DNA of 63,975 nucleotides from Simkaniaceae bacterium (GTDB lineage Bacteria; Chlamydiota; Chlamydiia; Chlamydiales; JAJFMI01): NCBI GenBank assembly GCA_040880145.1, contig JBBDIZ010000035.1, positions 1 to 63,975 of the forward strand, read 5' to 3'. Shown piece by piece: positions 46,603 to 60,184 of this stretch (position 1 is its first letter; each line of letters starts with the position of its first letter). The notes under the pieces were generated by a model. It saw only the letters and a program-made list of their open reading frames with translations, ran no database searches and was not told where the DNA came from. The position numbers and the translations under genes were made by a program.

Positions 46603-47582
46603 ACCGAATTGACCGCTATCTCATTCGAGAATTTTTAAACGTCTTTTTGCCTTTTTTAATTGGACTCTATTTCCTTTTTGCGCTTCTCGATTACTCAACC
46701 CATATTCAAGAATTTTTAAAAAGCTCGGAACTTACCTTGAGCAAACTTGGTCTCTACTATTTTTTTCTATTTTCAAAAGAGCTCCATATTTTACTTCCTT
46801 TTGCCCTTCTTATTGCCCTTCTTAAATCACTTTCCAGGCTCAATATCAATCGCGAATTGACCGCATTACTCTCTTCCGGCATCTCAATCAGACGCCTTCT
46901 TCTCCCTTTTTTTTATTTGAGCGCCCTTTTAAGCCTTCTTTTAATTTTAAACTATCAGTGCATCCACCCAAAAGCGTTTCAGTATTTCGAGTCTTTTCAG
47001 AAATTAGGATCCACTCCAAGCCATAAGAAAAAAAACCAAAAAGGCGAGGTTCGCTCAATCGCTCTTGAAGACCTCTCCCACCTTCTATTCTTTGACCGAA
47101 AAACGCCGATTCAAACGGATGTTTACTGGGTTAAAAGTGTAAACGAAATTTGGCATTTCAGCTCAGTCGATCTCGAAAAACAATTGGGTTATTACGGTGA
47201 TTCCCTCGTTCGAAATCGGGAAGGAGTTTTTGAAAAAATTGACTCTCAAAATCAAGTATCTCTTCCAAAAATTTCAAAAAAATCGTTAAGTGAAGAAAAA
47301 ACGAGTTCCAATACGGCTTTTTTAACCTATAAGATCACTTCTTTGCTCTTTCCATTTATTGTCTTAATGGGCGTCTTACCTTCACTAATCGTATATCGCC
47401 GGCAATTTCGGCTTTTTTTCCTCTACGCGCTTTCTATTTTTGGATTTATTGCCTTTTTTACTATTATGGAAAACTCGATTATTTTGGCAGAAAGTGGAAG
47501 GATCTCTCCCTTTTGGGCAATTTCATTTTTCCCCCTGCTGCTATTAACCTACCTTTCAATGAGATTGAAAAATGCCACTTAG
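46599..47582 (+). CDS. LptF/LptG-family (YjgP/YjgQ) permease
   Basis: MNRIDRYLIREF is a typical family start. The topology matches the preceding gene. Confidence 0.75.
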   Translation: MNRIDRYLIREFLNVFLPFLIGLYFLFALLDYSTHIQEFLKSSELTLSKLGLYYFFLFSKELHILLPFALLIALLKSLSRLNINRELTALLSSGISIRRLLLPFFYLSALLSLLLILNYQCIHPKAFQYFESFQKLGSTPSHKKKNQKGEVRSIALEDLSHLLFFDRKTPIQTDVYWVKSVNEIWHFSSVDLEKQLGYYGDSLVRNREGVFEKIDSQNQVSLPKISKKSLSEEKTSSNTAFLTYKITSLLFPFIVLMGVLPSLIVYRRQFRLFFLYALSIFGFIAFFTIMENSIILAESGRISPFWAISFFPLLLLTYLSMRLKNAT

Positions 47583-48318
47583 AACCGGATATAACCCAAA
47601 AGCCTTAATCACGACCTTCTTAATCATACTCCTTCTCTATGTTTCTTGGGTGGCCTCACCTACTTGTTTTCTATGGAAATTGCTCGATGATCGCTGCTTT
47701 TTCTTCTTGAACTCTCTTCTTGGCAGAGGAACCGCTCACCAAAATTTTTGGGCGTTTGCCAATCACCGGATGATGGATTGGATCCATGACCTTTCCATGA
47801 CTTGCTTCTTTCTCTTTTATATCTTTAAAGGACCTAAGAAACTCAAGCTCTATCGAACAGGTGAATTCCTCTTTACAATTGCTCTATTTGCCACCACCAT
47901 CGTACTCATTAATAAAACGCTCATCCAAGACAATTACAAAATTTTGCGAGACAGCCCCTCCCTAAAATATCCTTTTTGCTACCGCCTCTCTGAACTTGTC
48001 GACTGGATCTATGTGAAAGATTACTCGCGCTGCTCCTTTCCAAGCGACCATGGAACGACCGCAACCCTTTTTACAGGAGCCATTTTTATCGTAATGGGGT
48101 GGCGCCCGGGAATGCTTGCTCTTCTTTATGGGATCTTCTTCTCCCTGCCGCGGCTTGTTGTCGGCGCTCACTGGTTAACCGACGTCCTGATTGGAAGCAT
48201 GACGATCACTCTTCCTATGCTTGCACTCGGCTACTTCACACCTCTTTGCAAACTATTTTCCATTGGATTTGATAAACTCTTTCAACGAAAGGAGCCCTAT
48301 GAGCCAAGACAACTATAA
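47572..48318 (+). CDS. PAP2-superfamily phosphatase (membrane)
   Basis: FPSDHGT (PSGH-like) and PRLVVGAHWLTDVLIG (SRxxxxxHxxxD-like). Confidence 0.7.
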   Translation: MPLRTGYNPKALITTFLIILLLYVSWVASPTCFLWKLLDDRCFFFLNSLLGRGTAHQNFWAFANHRMMDWIHDLSMTCFFLFYIFKGPKKLKLYRTGEFLFTIALFATTIVLINKTLIQDNYKILRDSPSLKYPFCYRLSELVDWIYVKDYSRCSFPSDHGTTATLFTGAIFIVMGWRPGMLALLYGIFFSLPRLVVGAHWLTDVLIGSMTITLPMLALGYFTPLCKLFSIGFDKLFQRKEPYEPRQL

Positions 48319-49795
48319 CGAACTTGTTAAACTCTCTAAAGAAATCTCGACGCTATCTTCCATCCACGCCTTACTCGACTGGGATCAAGAGACCTATATG
48401 CCTGAAAAAGGCATCGCCTTACGCTCATCTCAAAAGCAGCTGCTTTCTTCGCTGATTCATGAAAAGAAAAAATCACATGAGTTTAAAAAGCAGCTCTCCA
48501 AATTAATCGATCTTAAAACAGGTCAAATTATAGACCCCAATTTAGAAGATTTGCAAAAGCGCTCCCTTCTTCGTATCCTCCATGACTTCAATATTGCAAA
48601 AAAACAGAGCGATGAGCTTGTTAAAAACTTAAGTGAAGCGACCTCAACCGCCTGCCACGTCTGGTCCAAGACAAAAAAAACGAGTGATTTTCAAACCTTC
48701 GCGCCCTATCTAAAACGTGTTTTTGATAAGACAAAAGAGCAAGCTGAAGCATTAGGGTATCAAGACCACCCCTACGATGCTCTTCTCGATCTTTATGAAC
48801 CTGGAATGACTGTTGAAGTCTTAGATCCCCTTTTTAAAGAACTCAAAAAGGCCCTCATTCCTCTTATTCAAAAACAGCCTCCAAAGCCTGATACCAGTTT
48901 CTTTTACGGAAATTTTGACAAGGAAGTCCAGCGCAAATTTTGTATCGAAATTTTAGAAACCCTGGGCTTTGATTTCACGCGCGGGCGTTTAGATCGTACA
49001 TCACACCCCTTCTGCATGGGCCTTTCTTCCAATGACTTGCGTCTTACCATCCATGGAGAAAGCGGAAACCTGATTGGAAACATCATGGCAACCCTTCATG
49101 AGGGGGGACATGCACTCTATGAACAAGGTCTACTTGAGGAAAACTTCGGCACCCCACTCGGAATGGCAGCCTCTCTTGGAATCCATGAAAGCCAGTCACG
49201 CTTTTACGAAACACGTATTGGCCTATCCAAACCCTTTTGGACCCATACCTACCCTCTTCTCCAAAAAACCTATCCTCACAATCTTGAAAAGGTCTCGTTT
49301 GATACCTTTTATAAAGCACTAACGGCCTCCTCTCCATCGCTTATCCGAGTCCACTCAGATGAGTTGACCTATTCCCTTCACATCATTCTTCGCTACGAAA
49401 TCGAAAAGGCCTATCTTGAAGGGGAAATTGCAATAAAAGACCTCCCCAATATTTTTGCAGAAAAAATGCAAGAATCTCTAGGCATCAGCCCCAATACACA
49501 TGCCGAAGGGGTTATGCAGGATATCCACTGGTCAATGGGCCTCATCGGCTACTTTCCCACCTACACATTAGGAAATATCTACTCAGCGCAAATCTTTAAT
49601 CAATTTAAGCTAAATCATCCGGATTGGGAAAAACGAGTCGAAAATGGGCACCTGCACTTCATCCGTGATTACTTAAATGAAAAAATCCATAAATATGGAC
49701 GGGCATTTTTACCGCAAGAATTAATTGAAAATCTAACCAAGGAGAAACTAAACGCAAAGCCCTACATAGACTATTTAAAGGAAAAATTCACTTAG
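48299..49795 (+). CDS. carboxypeptidase, M32 (Taq) family
   Basis: HPF, HEGGHALYEQG, GIHESQSRF, IRVHSDELTY and QDIHWS. AAAGGAG precedes the ATG at 48299. The ORF track start at 48221 lies inside the PAP2 gene. Confidence 0.88.
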   Translation: MSQDNYNELVKLSKEISTLSSIHALLDWDQETYMPEKGIALRSSQKQLLSSLIHEKKKSHEFKKQLSKLIDLKTGQIIDPNLEDLQKRSLLRILHDFNIAKKQSDELVKNLSEATSTACHVWSKTKKTSDFQTFAPYLKRVFDKTKEQAEALGYQDHPYDALLDLYEPGMTVEVLDPLFKELKKALIPLIQKQPPKPDTSFFYGNFDKEVQRKFCIEILETLGFDFTRGRLDRTSHPFCMGLSSNDLRLTIHGESGNLIGNIMATLHEGGHALYEQGLLEENFGTPLGMAASLGIHESQSRFYETRIGLSKPFWTHTYPLLQKTYPHNLEKVSFDTFYKALTASSPSLIRVHSDELTYSLHIILRYEIEKAYLEGEIAIKDLPNIFAEKMQESLGISPNTHAEGVMQDIHWSMGLIGYFPTYTLGNIYSAQIFNQFKLNHPDWEKRVENGHLHFIRDYLNEKIHKYGRAFLPQELIENLTKEKLNAKPYIDYLKEKFT

Positions 49796-49811
49796 AGGCA
49801 AAGAATTAAAC

Positions 49812-49845
49812 AGAAAAGGCTGCCTGATAAAAGCAGCCTTAAAGA
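49812..49845. terminator. bidirectional hairpin terminator
   Basis: AAGGCTGC-CTGATAAAA-GCAGCCTT lies between the convergent carboxypeptidase and rpsI genes. Confidence 0.65.
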
Positions 49846-49874
49846 AAAAATATGACGGTATATCTTCGTTGCAA

Positions 49875-50261
49875 TTAACGTTTTGAGAACTGGAAGCGCT
49901 TACGGGCACCGGCTAAACCATATTTCTTACGCTCTCTCTTACGAGGGTCGCGTGTCAGGTAGCCGAGTTCTTTGAGTTTACCTCTGCGGTCCTCATCAGC
50001 CTCTACAAGAGCTCGTGAAATACCGAGGCGTGTTGCGATGGCTTGCGCTTCGATTCCACCACCTCTAATACGAATAATGAGATCAACCTCATTTTCCATT
50101 GCAAATTGCTTTAGAGGATCTAGAATCGTCTCTCTTTGAATTGAAAGAGGAAAAAATTCGTCAAATTTACGTCCATTCACATTGATGGCGCCTTTGCCTT
50201 TTCGTACGCGAACGGCTGAAACGGCCCTTTTTCTGCGTCCGATTCCTATGTTTTCTTGCAT
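49875..50261 (-). CDS. rpsI: 30S ribosomal protein S9
   Basis: GRRKRAVS, GGGIEAQA and a C-terminal KRFQFSKR. Confidence 0.95.
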   Translation of the reverse strand: MQENIGIGRRKRAVSAVRVRKGKGAINVNGRKFDEFFPLSIQRETILDPLKQFAMENEVDLIIRIRGGGIEAQAIATRLGISRALVEADEDRRGKLKELGYLTRDPRKRERKKYGLAGARKRFQFSKR

Positions 50262-50276
50262 ATCTCTTACTATCCT

Positions 50277-50720
50277 CTAAATTTGTGCGTGTAGGGGTTG
50301 CTGGGCTTGCATATTGTGCTCCTCACCCTTGAAAATTCGAAGGCGTTTGAGCTGCGCTTTTCCAAGACGCGTCTTAGGCATCATTTTTGAAATGGCGTGG
50401 CGTAAAATAAAGTCCGGCTTTCTCTCCATCATTCTACGATAGGGCACTTCTTTTAGTCCACCAACGGCACCCGTATAATAGCGATAAATTTTTTGAGCCT
50501 CTTTAGCCCCGGTCACTTTCACTTTTTCAGCGTTGATAATGATCAGTCCGTCGCCCGTATCAATGTTCGGAGTAAAGCAAGTTTTGTGCTTGCCACGTAG
50601 AATCTTAGCCGCTTCCGTAGCAAGTCTCCCTAGGGTCTTACCGGAGGCATCTAAATGAATCCACTGCTGCTTTTTTCTCGCTTCTTCGACTGTGAGAAAG
50701 CAGGTCGTGTTTTTCTTCAT
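50277..50720 (-). CDS. rplM: 50S ribosomal protein L13
   Basis: WIHLDASGKTLGRLAT and GMMPKT-like MMPKTRLG. Confidence 0.95.
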   Translation of the reverse strand: MKKNTTCFLTVEEARKKQQWIHLDASGKTLGRLATEAAKILRGKHKTCFTPNIDTGDGLIIINAEKVKVTGAKEAQKIYRYYTGAVGGLKEVPYRRMMERKPDFILRHAISKMMPKTRLGKAQLKRLRIFKGEEHNMQAQQPLHAQI

Positions 50721-50869
50721 GATTGAATTCCTAATTCTTCTTTAAATGTGTCGGTAGCCAGTTTAAAAAATTCTCTCTTTTTTGGAAAGGGTAAAGATAT
50801 CTTTTAACCTCTATCTTAAATTCCCTTGCCTATTGAGCTCAACATGCGGTAAAATGTCTCAAAAAATTT

Positions 50870-52210
50870 ATGGTTAATAGAATGCGTCAACTCAACTCTT
50901 TCTACATTCGCACCTATGGGTGCCAAATGAACGAACTCGACACCGAAATCATGACGGGCCTGCTGCTTGAGCGGGGCTTGACACAGGTTTATGATGAAAA
51001 TGCGGCTGATCTTCTTCTTTTCAACACCTGCTCCATTCGCGACTTAGCCGAGAGAAAGGTCATGGGAAAGATTGGGCAGTTAGGACGCTCAAAAAAGCGT
51101 CGCTCCATTATTGGAGTCACAGGCTGTATGGCTATGGCTAAAAAAGATTCTTTGTTTCGAAAATTGCCTAATGTCGACTTTGTTCTTGGTACGAATAATA
51201 TTACAGATTTGAATCTTGTTTTGGATGAAATTCTCGAGTCAGGCAAAAAAAGCGTTAAAACAGATGATCAGTTTGAGGAAAATTTAGACTATCTGAAGGC
51301 TCATCGCGACAATAAACTCAAAGCTCACGTCTCTATCATCCGCGGGTGCGACAAATATTGCACTTACTGTGTCGTCCCCTATACTCGTGGTCAAGAGGTC
51401 TCCCGCCCCCCTGAAAATATTGAAGCGGAAGTGAAACGGCTAGCAAGCATGGGTTACAAAGAGATCACGCTTCTTGGTCAAAATGTCAATAGTTATGGCA
51501 AAGATAAACCGGAGTGGAATGAACTTTTTCACGATCTTCTTTACCGCCTCGATAAGATCGATGGCATCGAGCGGATCCGCTTTATGACCAGTCATCCGGT
51601 CGATATTACAAAAGAATTAATGCAAGCCATACGCGATCTCCCCTCGCTTTGTGAATTCGTCCATTTTCCCATTCAGGCAGGATCAAGCCGCATTTTAAAA
51701 AAGATGCACCGTATTTACACGAAAGAGCAATATTATGAAAAAGTGGCGCTTTTAAAGGAAATTGTTCCAAATGCCTCACTTGGAACCGATATTATCGTCG
51801 GCTTTCCTTCTGAGACCGATGAAGAGTTTGAGGAAACGATGCAGGTTTTCCGTGATATCCGCTTTTCTGTTGCCTTCCTCTACTCCTTTAGCGCTCGAAA
51901 AGGAACCCCTGCTATGCGCTGGAAAGACGATATCCGGGAAGAGGTCAAAAATGATCGTCTTCAGAGGCTGATGGCTCTTCACAATGAAATTTCATCTGAG
52001 CTTCGTCTTGAAATGATGGGTCAAACTGTCGAAGTTTTAGTGGAGAGAAAAAACAAGGAAAATCGCTTAAAGGGGCGCACAAGCTGCTGGAAGAAAGTGA
52101 TTTTTGAAGGGTCTGAGTCGCTCGTTGGTTCGATGCAACAGGTCAAGCTTCATAGCCATAACCATCAGACCCTGATTGGTGATCTCGCTACACACCCTTC
52201 GGGGCGCTAA
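50870..52210 (+). CDS. miaB: tRNA-2-methylthio-N6-dimethylallyladenosine synthase
   Basis: YIRTYGCQMN, the radical-SAM motif CDKYCTYCVVP and a TRAM-like C-terminus. Confidence 0.9.
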   Translation: MVNRMRQLNSFYIRTYGCQMNELDTEIMTGLLLERGLTQVYDENAADLLLFNTCSIRDLAERKVMGKIGQLGRSKKRRSIIGVTGCMAMAKKDSLFRKLPNVDFVLGTNNITDLNLVLDEILESGKKSVKTDDQFEENLDYLKAHRDNKLKAHVSIIRGCDKYCTYCVVPYTRGQEVSRPPENIEAEVKRLASMGYKEITLLGQNVNSYGKDKPEWNELFHDLLYRLDKIDGIERIRFMTSHPVDITKELMQAIRDLPSLCEFVHFPIQAGSSRILKKMHRIYTKEQYYEKVALLKEIVPNASLGTDIIVGFPSETDEEFEETMQVFRDIRFSVAFLYSFSARKGTPAMRWKDDIREEVKNDRLQRLMALHNEISSELRLEMMGQTVEVLVERKNKENRLKGRTSCWKKVIFEGSESLVGSMQQVKLHSHNHQTLIGDLATHPSGR

Positions 52211-52778
52211 TTTTCACAAATGGGGCCATACACAGCCCGGCGAGCAGCCAGGTAACGATTAAGTCTGCCATATTTACAATCGTGTATTTCGTTGGAAAGT
52301 ACCACCAGTTCCAGTAAGGAATATTAACTAAAATTGCGGCAATTAGCGCAATAATACCGATAAAAAAGACTTTACCCAGGTAGCTGGAGCAGTTTGACTT
52401 TAATAGCAGGTAGCTGATAAGGCCTGCAGAGACAAACTGGGTCAAAAGATTGATCAAGAGATTTGAGGTCATCCCTCCCTTAATTCCATTGGGAAGAACC
52501 GCTGCAAAGACAACAGGTCCCTCTTCTTTCTTTTTTGTGATCTTATCCCATGCCTTGCTCTTCTCATCCTTACTCATTTTTTTCGAAAAATCTATGTAAG
52601 GTGAAACATAAATTCCATGTTTTGGGCTATTTTCTTTGATGACCCAACTAACAAATCCATCATTTTTAAATCCCTTTAAACTCATTTCATGCCAAGGGAG
52701 GACCATCCACGAGACAAATCCCCAAATAAAAGCGATAATTGCACCGATAATCGCTCCTTTTATTATTCCAGAAAACAT
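52188..52778 (-). CDS. hypothetical membrane protein
   Basis: 196 aa with about 4 TM segments. The 3' end overlaps the miaB 3' end by 23 nt. Confidence 0.45.
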   Translation of the reverse strand: MFSGIIKGAIIGAIIAFIWGFVSWMVLPWHEMSLKGFKNDGFVSWVIKENSPKHGIYVSPYIDFSKKMSKDEKSKAWDKITKKKEEGPVVFAAVLPNGIKGGMTSNLLINLLTQFVSAGLISYLLLKSNCSSYLGKVFFIGIIALIAAILVNIPYWNWWYFPTKYTIVNMADLIVTWLLAGLCMAPFVKISAPKGV

Positions 52779-52792
52779 CCATATTCCTTTTG

Positions 52793-56522
<3,730 letters not shown>

Positions 56523-56547
56523 CCCTATAGTTATAGCGATTTAAGAT

Positions 56548-57495
56548 CTATTTTTCAAACTGATCGAGAAAAATGAGCTGATTTTTCTTCAAAAAAAGCC
56601 TCTCGCCCCTTTTCAAAACCCTTTCTTTATTCATACGGAAGCTCTTTAATTCTCTTGGCAAAGAGAATCCAACCTCCCGATCGCAAAAAGGTTTGATAAA
56701 AACGCGGCGAAGCTTTCCTTTTGTCCACTCAAAATCCACGCGATATCCCTCTCCTTCGACATCGATCATCCGCCCCGATCGTATCTCTCTTGAAAGAGAT
56801 GGCAAAAGGTTCAAGTGATCTTTTTTGGGTTGAATGAATAAAGAGCGTATTTGTGCATGAAGAGCTGTTATCAATGAAAGAGGAGAGTCTAGAGGGGGCA
56901 TTTCGTTAAGTTGAGGAATATTTAAATAGTGATCATCAAAGAGGGTCGGCATAAAAAGAGATCGAAAGCAGCCTCTGAAAAGCTCCGGCCAATCGGAAGG
57001 GGATTGAAGCCTTCTTAGAAGTGTTTCCGGAAAATGCAGCGTTGGCATCCATTGACCCAAATGAAAAAGAATAGGAAGCCACTCGTTAAGGGATGCTCTT
57101 TTCACTATTTTTTCAAACTCTTGAGCCTTATGAACTCCTAAAGAGAGCCGCTCAAGAGGCTTCTTGACAAAGGACCTGTCTGTAATCGGGATTGAGTCGA
57201 TCTCTTGCTTGGAGTGGATCAGGATTTTGTCGCTCAAGCGATAAATTTTGTAAACAAAGTAGCCTTCTTTCGCATGTCCAAAAAGACGAAGAATCCCCTT
57301 TTCAAGGTCCTGCGTGAGCGTAAAGTTTTTGATCGGCCCTGTAAAAGGCAAAGATTTTTCAAAAAGCAGAGTCCGGTCAAAAAAAAGTCTGATAAGTGTT
57401 GGAAAAGCTTGAACATGATGTGTGCTCCCCGGAATAAGCGCGCGGCAGCCGGGCTCATGAGAATAGGGGCGAAAGCGATTCGCAATTTTTATCAT
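56548..57495 (-). CDS. hypothetical protein
   Basis: 315 aa. A 4-nt overlap with the mtaB stop suggests an operon. No family recognised. Confidence 0.5.
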   Translation of the reverse strand: MIKIANRFRPYSHEPGCRALIPGSTHHVQAFPTLIRLFFDRTLLFEKSLPFTGPIKNFTLTQDLEKGILRLFGHAKEGYFVYKIYRLSDKILIHSKQEIDSIPITDRSFVKKPLERLSLGVHKAQEFEKIVKRASLNEWLPILFHLGQWMPTLHFPETLLRRLQSPSDWPELFRGCFRSLFMPTLFDDHYLNIPQLNEMPPLDSPLSLITALHAQIRSLFIQPKKDHLNLLPSLSREIRSGRMIDVEGEGYRVDFEWTKGKLRRVFIKPFCDREVGFSLPRELKSFRMNKERVLKRGERLFLKKNQLIFLDQFEK

Positions 57496-58754
57496 ATTAA
57501 AGTCCCCAAAAATCCATCTCTTTCATTTTTCTCAAGTCGAGCCGTGACAATATCATTTGACCTTAACTTTTTTTGGGGTACGGAAACGGTTAAAAAATTT
57601 TCTGTGTGTCCTCGAATAAATCCGGGTCTTGCTGAATCTTCATTCTCTAGAAGCACTTTACTTTCTAAGCCAAGAAAGCGCTCTCTAAGTTGATAGGCGT
57701 TTTTTTGAGCGAGATCCATAATTTTTAGCCGCCTTTTTTCAATTAATGCTTTTGGCACTTTATTCTTCATCCGAGAAGCACGTGTTTTCGGTCGATCGGA
57801 ATAAGGAAACAGGTGTACCTTAGCAAATTGGACACGGTTTAATACCTCTAAACTCTCTTCAAAATCACGTTCACTCTCCCCTGGAAACCCAACAATCAAA
57901 TCAGTTGTAAAAGTAAAGTCAGAACTCACAGCGCGAAGTCGATCGATCGTATGAAAAAAGTCTTGCTTGCTGTACTTGCGGCGCATTCGATTTAAAATCG
58001 CATTCGATCCCGACTGCAAAACGATATGCATACTAGGGCACGTTTTTTTCCCATTAGCAACGGCTTGAAGAAGAGGCTCATCGACCTCATCGGGATCGAT
58101 AGATGAGATCCGAATACGCTTCAACCCTTCGATTTCATCGACAAGCTTCACAAGCTCATAAAGTCGAACGGGATTCTCAGGAATTCCTCCATCAAAATCT
58201 CCAATATTGATTCCTGTTAAAACGATTTCCTTATACCCATTTTCGACAAGCCCTTCGATTTCCTTCAAAATCTCATCAACTTTTTTACTTCGAGATCGAC
58301 CACGCACAAAGGGAATCACGCAATAAGAGCAATAACTATTACAGCCATCTTGAATTTTGACAAAAGCTCGAGTATGCGCCTCGAAATTTTTAATTGAAAA
58401 TTCAGGTAGATTCTCTAAATTCGGAAAAGTCCTCTCGATTAATTTTTCTTTATCATGATTGGGAACAACTTCAACTCTTTCAGAGATTTTTTCAATTTCA
58501 GCCTGAGCATGCTCTGCTAAGCATCCGGTTACCATAACTCGAGAATTGGGGTGATTTTTTAAAATCTTTTTTATAGAAGCAAAGCTGCGCTTATCGGCAG
58601 AGCCTGTTACCGTGCAGGTGTTTACGATACAAAGATCAGCCTCTTCATTTTGCTCAGCTTCTAGATAACCAAGTGCTTTTAATTGATCCGTATAAGCAGA
58701 AGACTCGTATTGATTCGTCCGACATCCAAGTGTCGCGATTTTATATTTTTTCAT
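57492..58754 (-). CDS. mtaB: tRNA (t6A37) methylthiotransferase MtaB-like radical-SAM enzyme
   Basis: IATLGCRTNQYES, NTCTVTGSA and CNSYCSYCVIP. Confidence 0.8.
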   Translation of the reverse strand: MKKYKIATLGCRTNQYESSAYTDQLKALGYLEAEQNEEADLCIVNTCTVTGSADKRSFASIKKILKNHPNSRVMVTGCLAEHAQAEIEKISERVEVVPNHDKEKLIERTFPNLENLPEFSIKNFEAHTRAFVKIQDGCNSYCSYCVIPFVRGRSRSKKVDEILKEIEGLVENGYKEIVLTGINIGDFDGGIPENPVRLYELVKLVDEIEGLKRIRISSIDPDEVDEPLLQAVANGKKTCPSMHIVLQSGSNAILNRMRRKYSKQDFFHTIDRLRAVSSDFTFTTDLIVGFPGESERDFEESLEVLNRVQFAKVHLFPYSDRPKTRASRMKNKVPKALIEKRRLKIMDLAQKNAYQLRERFLGLESKVLLENEDSARPGFIRGHTENFLTVSVPQKKLRSNDIVTARLEKNERDGFLGTLI

Positions 58755-58900
58755 TCGTGAAATTATGCCATGAAGAGAGGGCTGGAATCAAGAAAATTAA
58801 GGCTTCTTTTCACTTCAATCAAGCGGCCAAAAGCTGAATTTTGAGTTTGTTTTGAGAATAATGGTCCTATTGTATAAAATGACGTGAAAAAGGACTCGAT

Positions 58901-59491
58901 ATGAGTATTAAGACCATCATTATTTCTCTTTTTATCGTCATCAATGTTCTGGGGAACATTCCCCTATATCTCGGCCTTTTAGCGCGCTTTGACCTCAAGC
59001 ATCAACGCAAAATTATTTTTAGAGAAATGTGCATCGCTCTTGGGATCTTACTCACCTTTTCGTTTGCCGGCGACTATATTTTATCCCTAATGGGCATCTC
59101 GCCCCCAATCATCGGCATTGCCGGCGGGACCCTTCTTTTTATCATTGCCCTCCACATGGTTTTTCCAAAGCATGACGCTAATGAATCAAAGCCCATGCAA
59201 GAACCTTTTGTCTTTCCACTTGCAACCCCGATTATTGCAGGGCCAGGTTCCATTACAGCTGTAATGGTTTATACAGCACAACTTCAAAATAGCAGCTTGA
59301 TGGTGCTTTCAATTCTGTTAGCTTGGCTTCCCTCTCTCGCTATCGTTTTGCTCTCTTCAAATCTCAAGAGACTCATTGGAAACAAGGGGTTGATTGCTTG
59401 TGAGCGGGTTGGAGGAATGTTGATCACTCTACTTGCTGTTCAAATGATCACAGGCGGTCTTATCGACCTTGTAAAGAAGACCTTTTTTTAA
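58901..59491 (+). CDS. MarC-family (UPF0056) membrane protein
   Basis: 196 aa with 6 TM segments and PLATPIIAGPGSI. Confidence 0.8.
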   Translation: MSIKTIIISLFIVINVLGNIPLYLGLLARFDLKHQRKIIFREMCIALGILLTFSFAGDYILSLMGISPPIIGIAGGTLLFIIALHMVFPKHDANESKPMQEPFVFPLATPIIAGPGSITAVMVYTAQLQNSSLMVLSILLAWLPSLAIVLLSSNLKRLIGNKGLIACERVGGMLITLLAVQMITGGLIDLVKKTFF

Positions 59492-60184
59492 TCAATAACG
59501 ATCTCTTTGCAATAAGACTTCCAGGGTATAAAGAGAACAAAAAGCTCTGTAGCCTCCGATAATCAAGTGATCATCGATTGGGATTCCCATGATACGCCCT
59601 GAGATCTCTAAACGCCTTGTCATTTCGATATCTGCTCTCGATGGTGTTGGGTCTCCACTTGGATGATTATGGGCCAAAATAAAGGAATAGGCATTTTTTG
59701 CAATCGCCCTTAAGAAAATATCGCGAGGTTGAACCAAAATTTCAGAAATAGACCCCTGTCGTATTTTTTCAATGCCGATAAACCGTCCTTTTGTGTTGCG
59801 AAAAAGGATATAGAGCTCTTCAACGGTTTTTCCTTCAAAGTGAGGCTTAAAAAGAGCGACAGCGGTTTCTGGGTAAGAAATACGCATAGGCTCAATCGCT
59901 TCTTTTGACTGAGCCCGAAAAGCCATCTCAAAAGCCGCTTTAATCTGAATCGCTTTAGACTGGCCCAGTCCCTCTACTTTCATCAACTCATGAATGGGTG
60001 TGATCAGGAGCTCGTGAGCTCCGCCAAATCGCTCGACAAGCTCTTCTGCAAGAGAAAAAACGGTTTTTCCCTTAATCCCAGACCCAAGCAAAATCGCAAT
60101 CAATTCGATCAGGCTCAATGCTTCGGCTCCATGGCGAAGCATTCGTTCTCGAGGCCTTTCGTTTTTTGGAATCTGCTCCATCAT
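59492..60184 (-). CDS. radC: RadC-family JAB-domain protein
   Basis: N-terminal HhH-like region and the JAMM-like motif ILAHNHPSGDPTPSRADIEMT. Confidence 0.88.
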   Translation of the reverse strand: MMEQIPKNERPRERMLRHGAEALSLIELIAILLGSGIKGKTVFSLAEELVERFGGAHELLITPIHELMKVEGLGQSKAIQIKAAFEMAFRAQSKEAIEPMRISYPETAVALFKPHFEGKTVEELYILFRNTKGRFIGIEKIRQGSISEILVQPRDIFLRAIAKNAYSFILAHNHPSGDPTPSRADIEMTRRLEISGRIMGIPIDDHLIIGGYRAFCSLYTLEVLLQRDRY

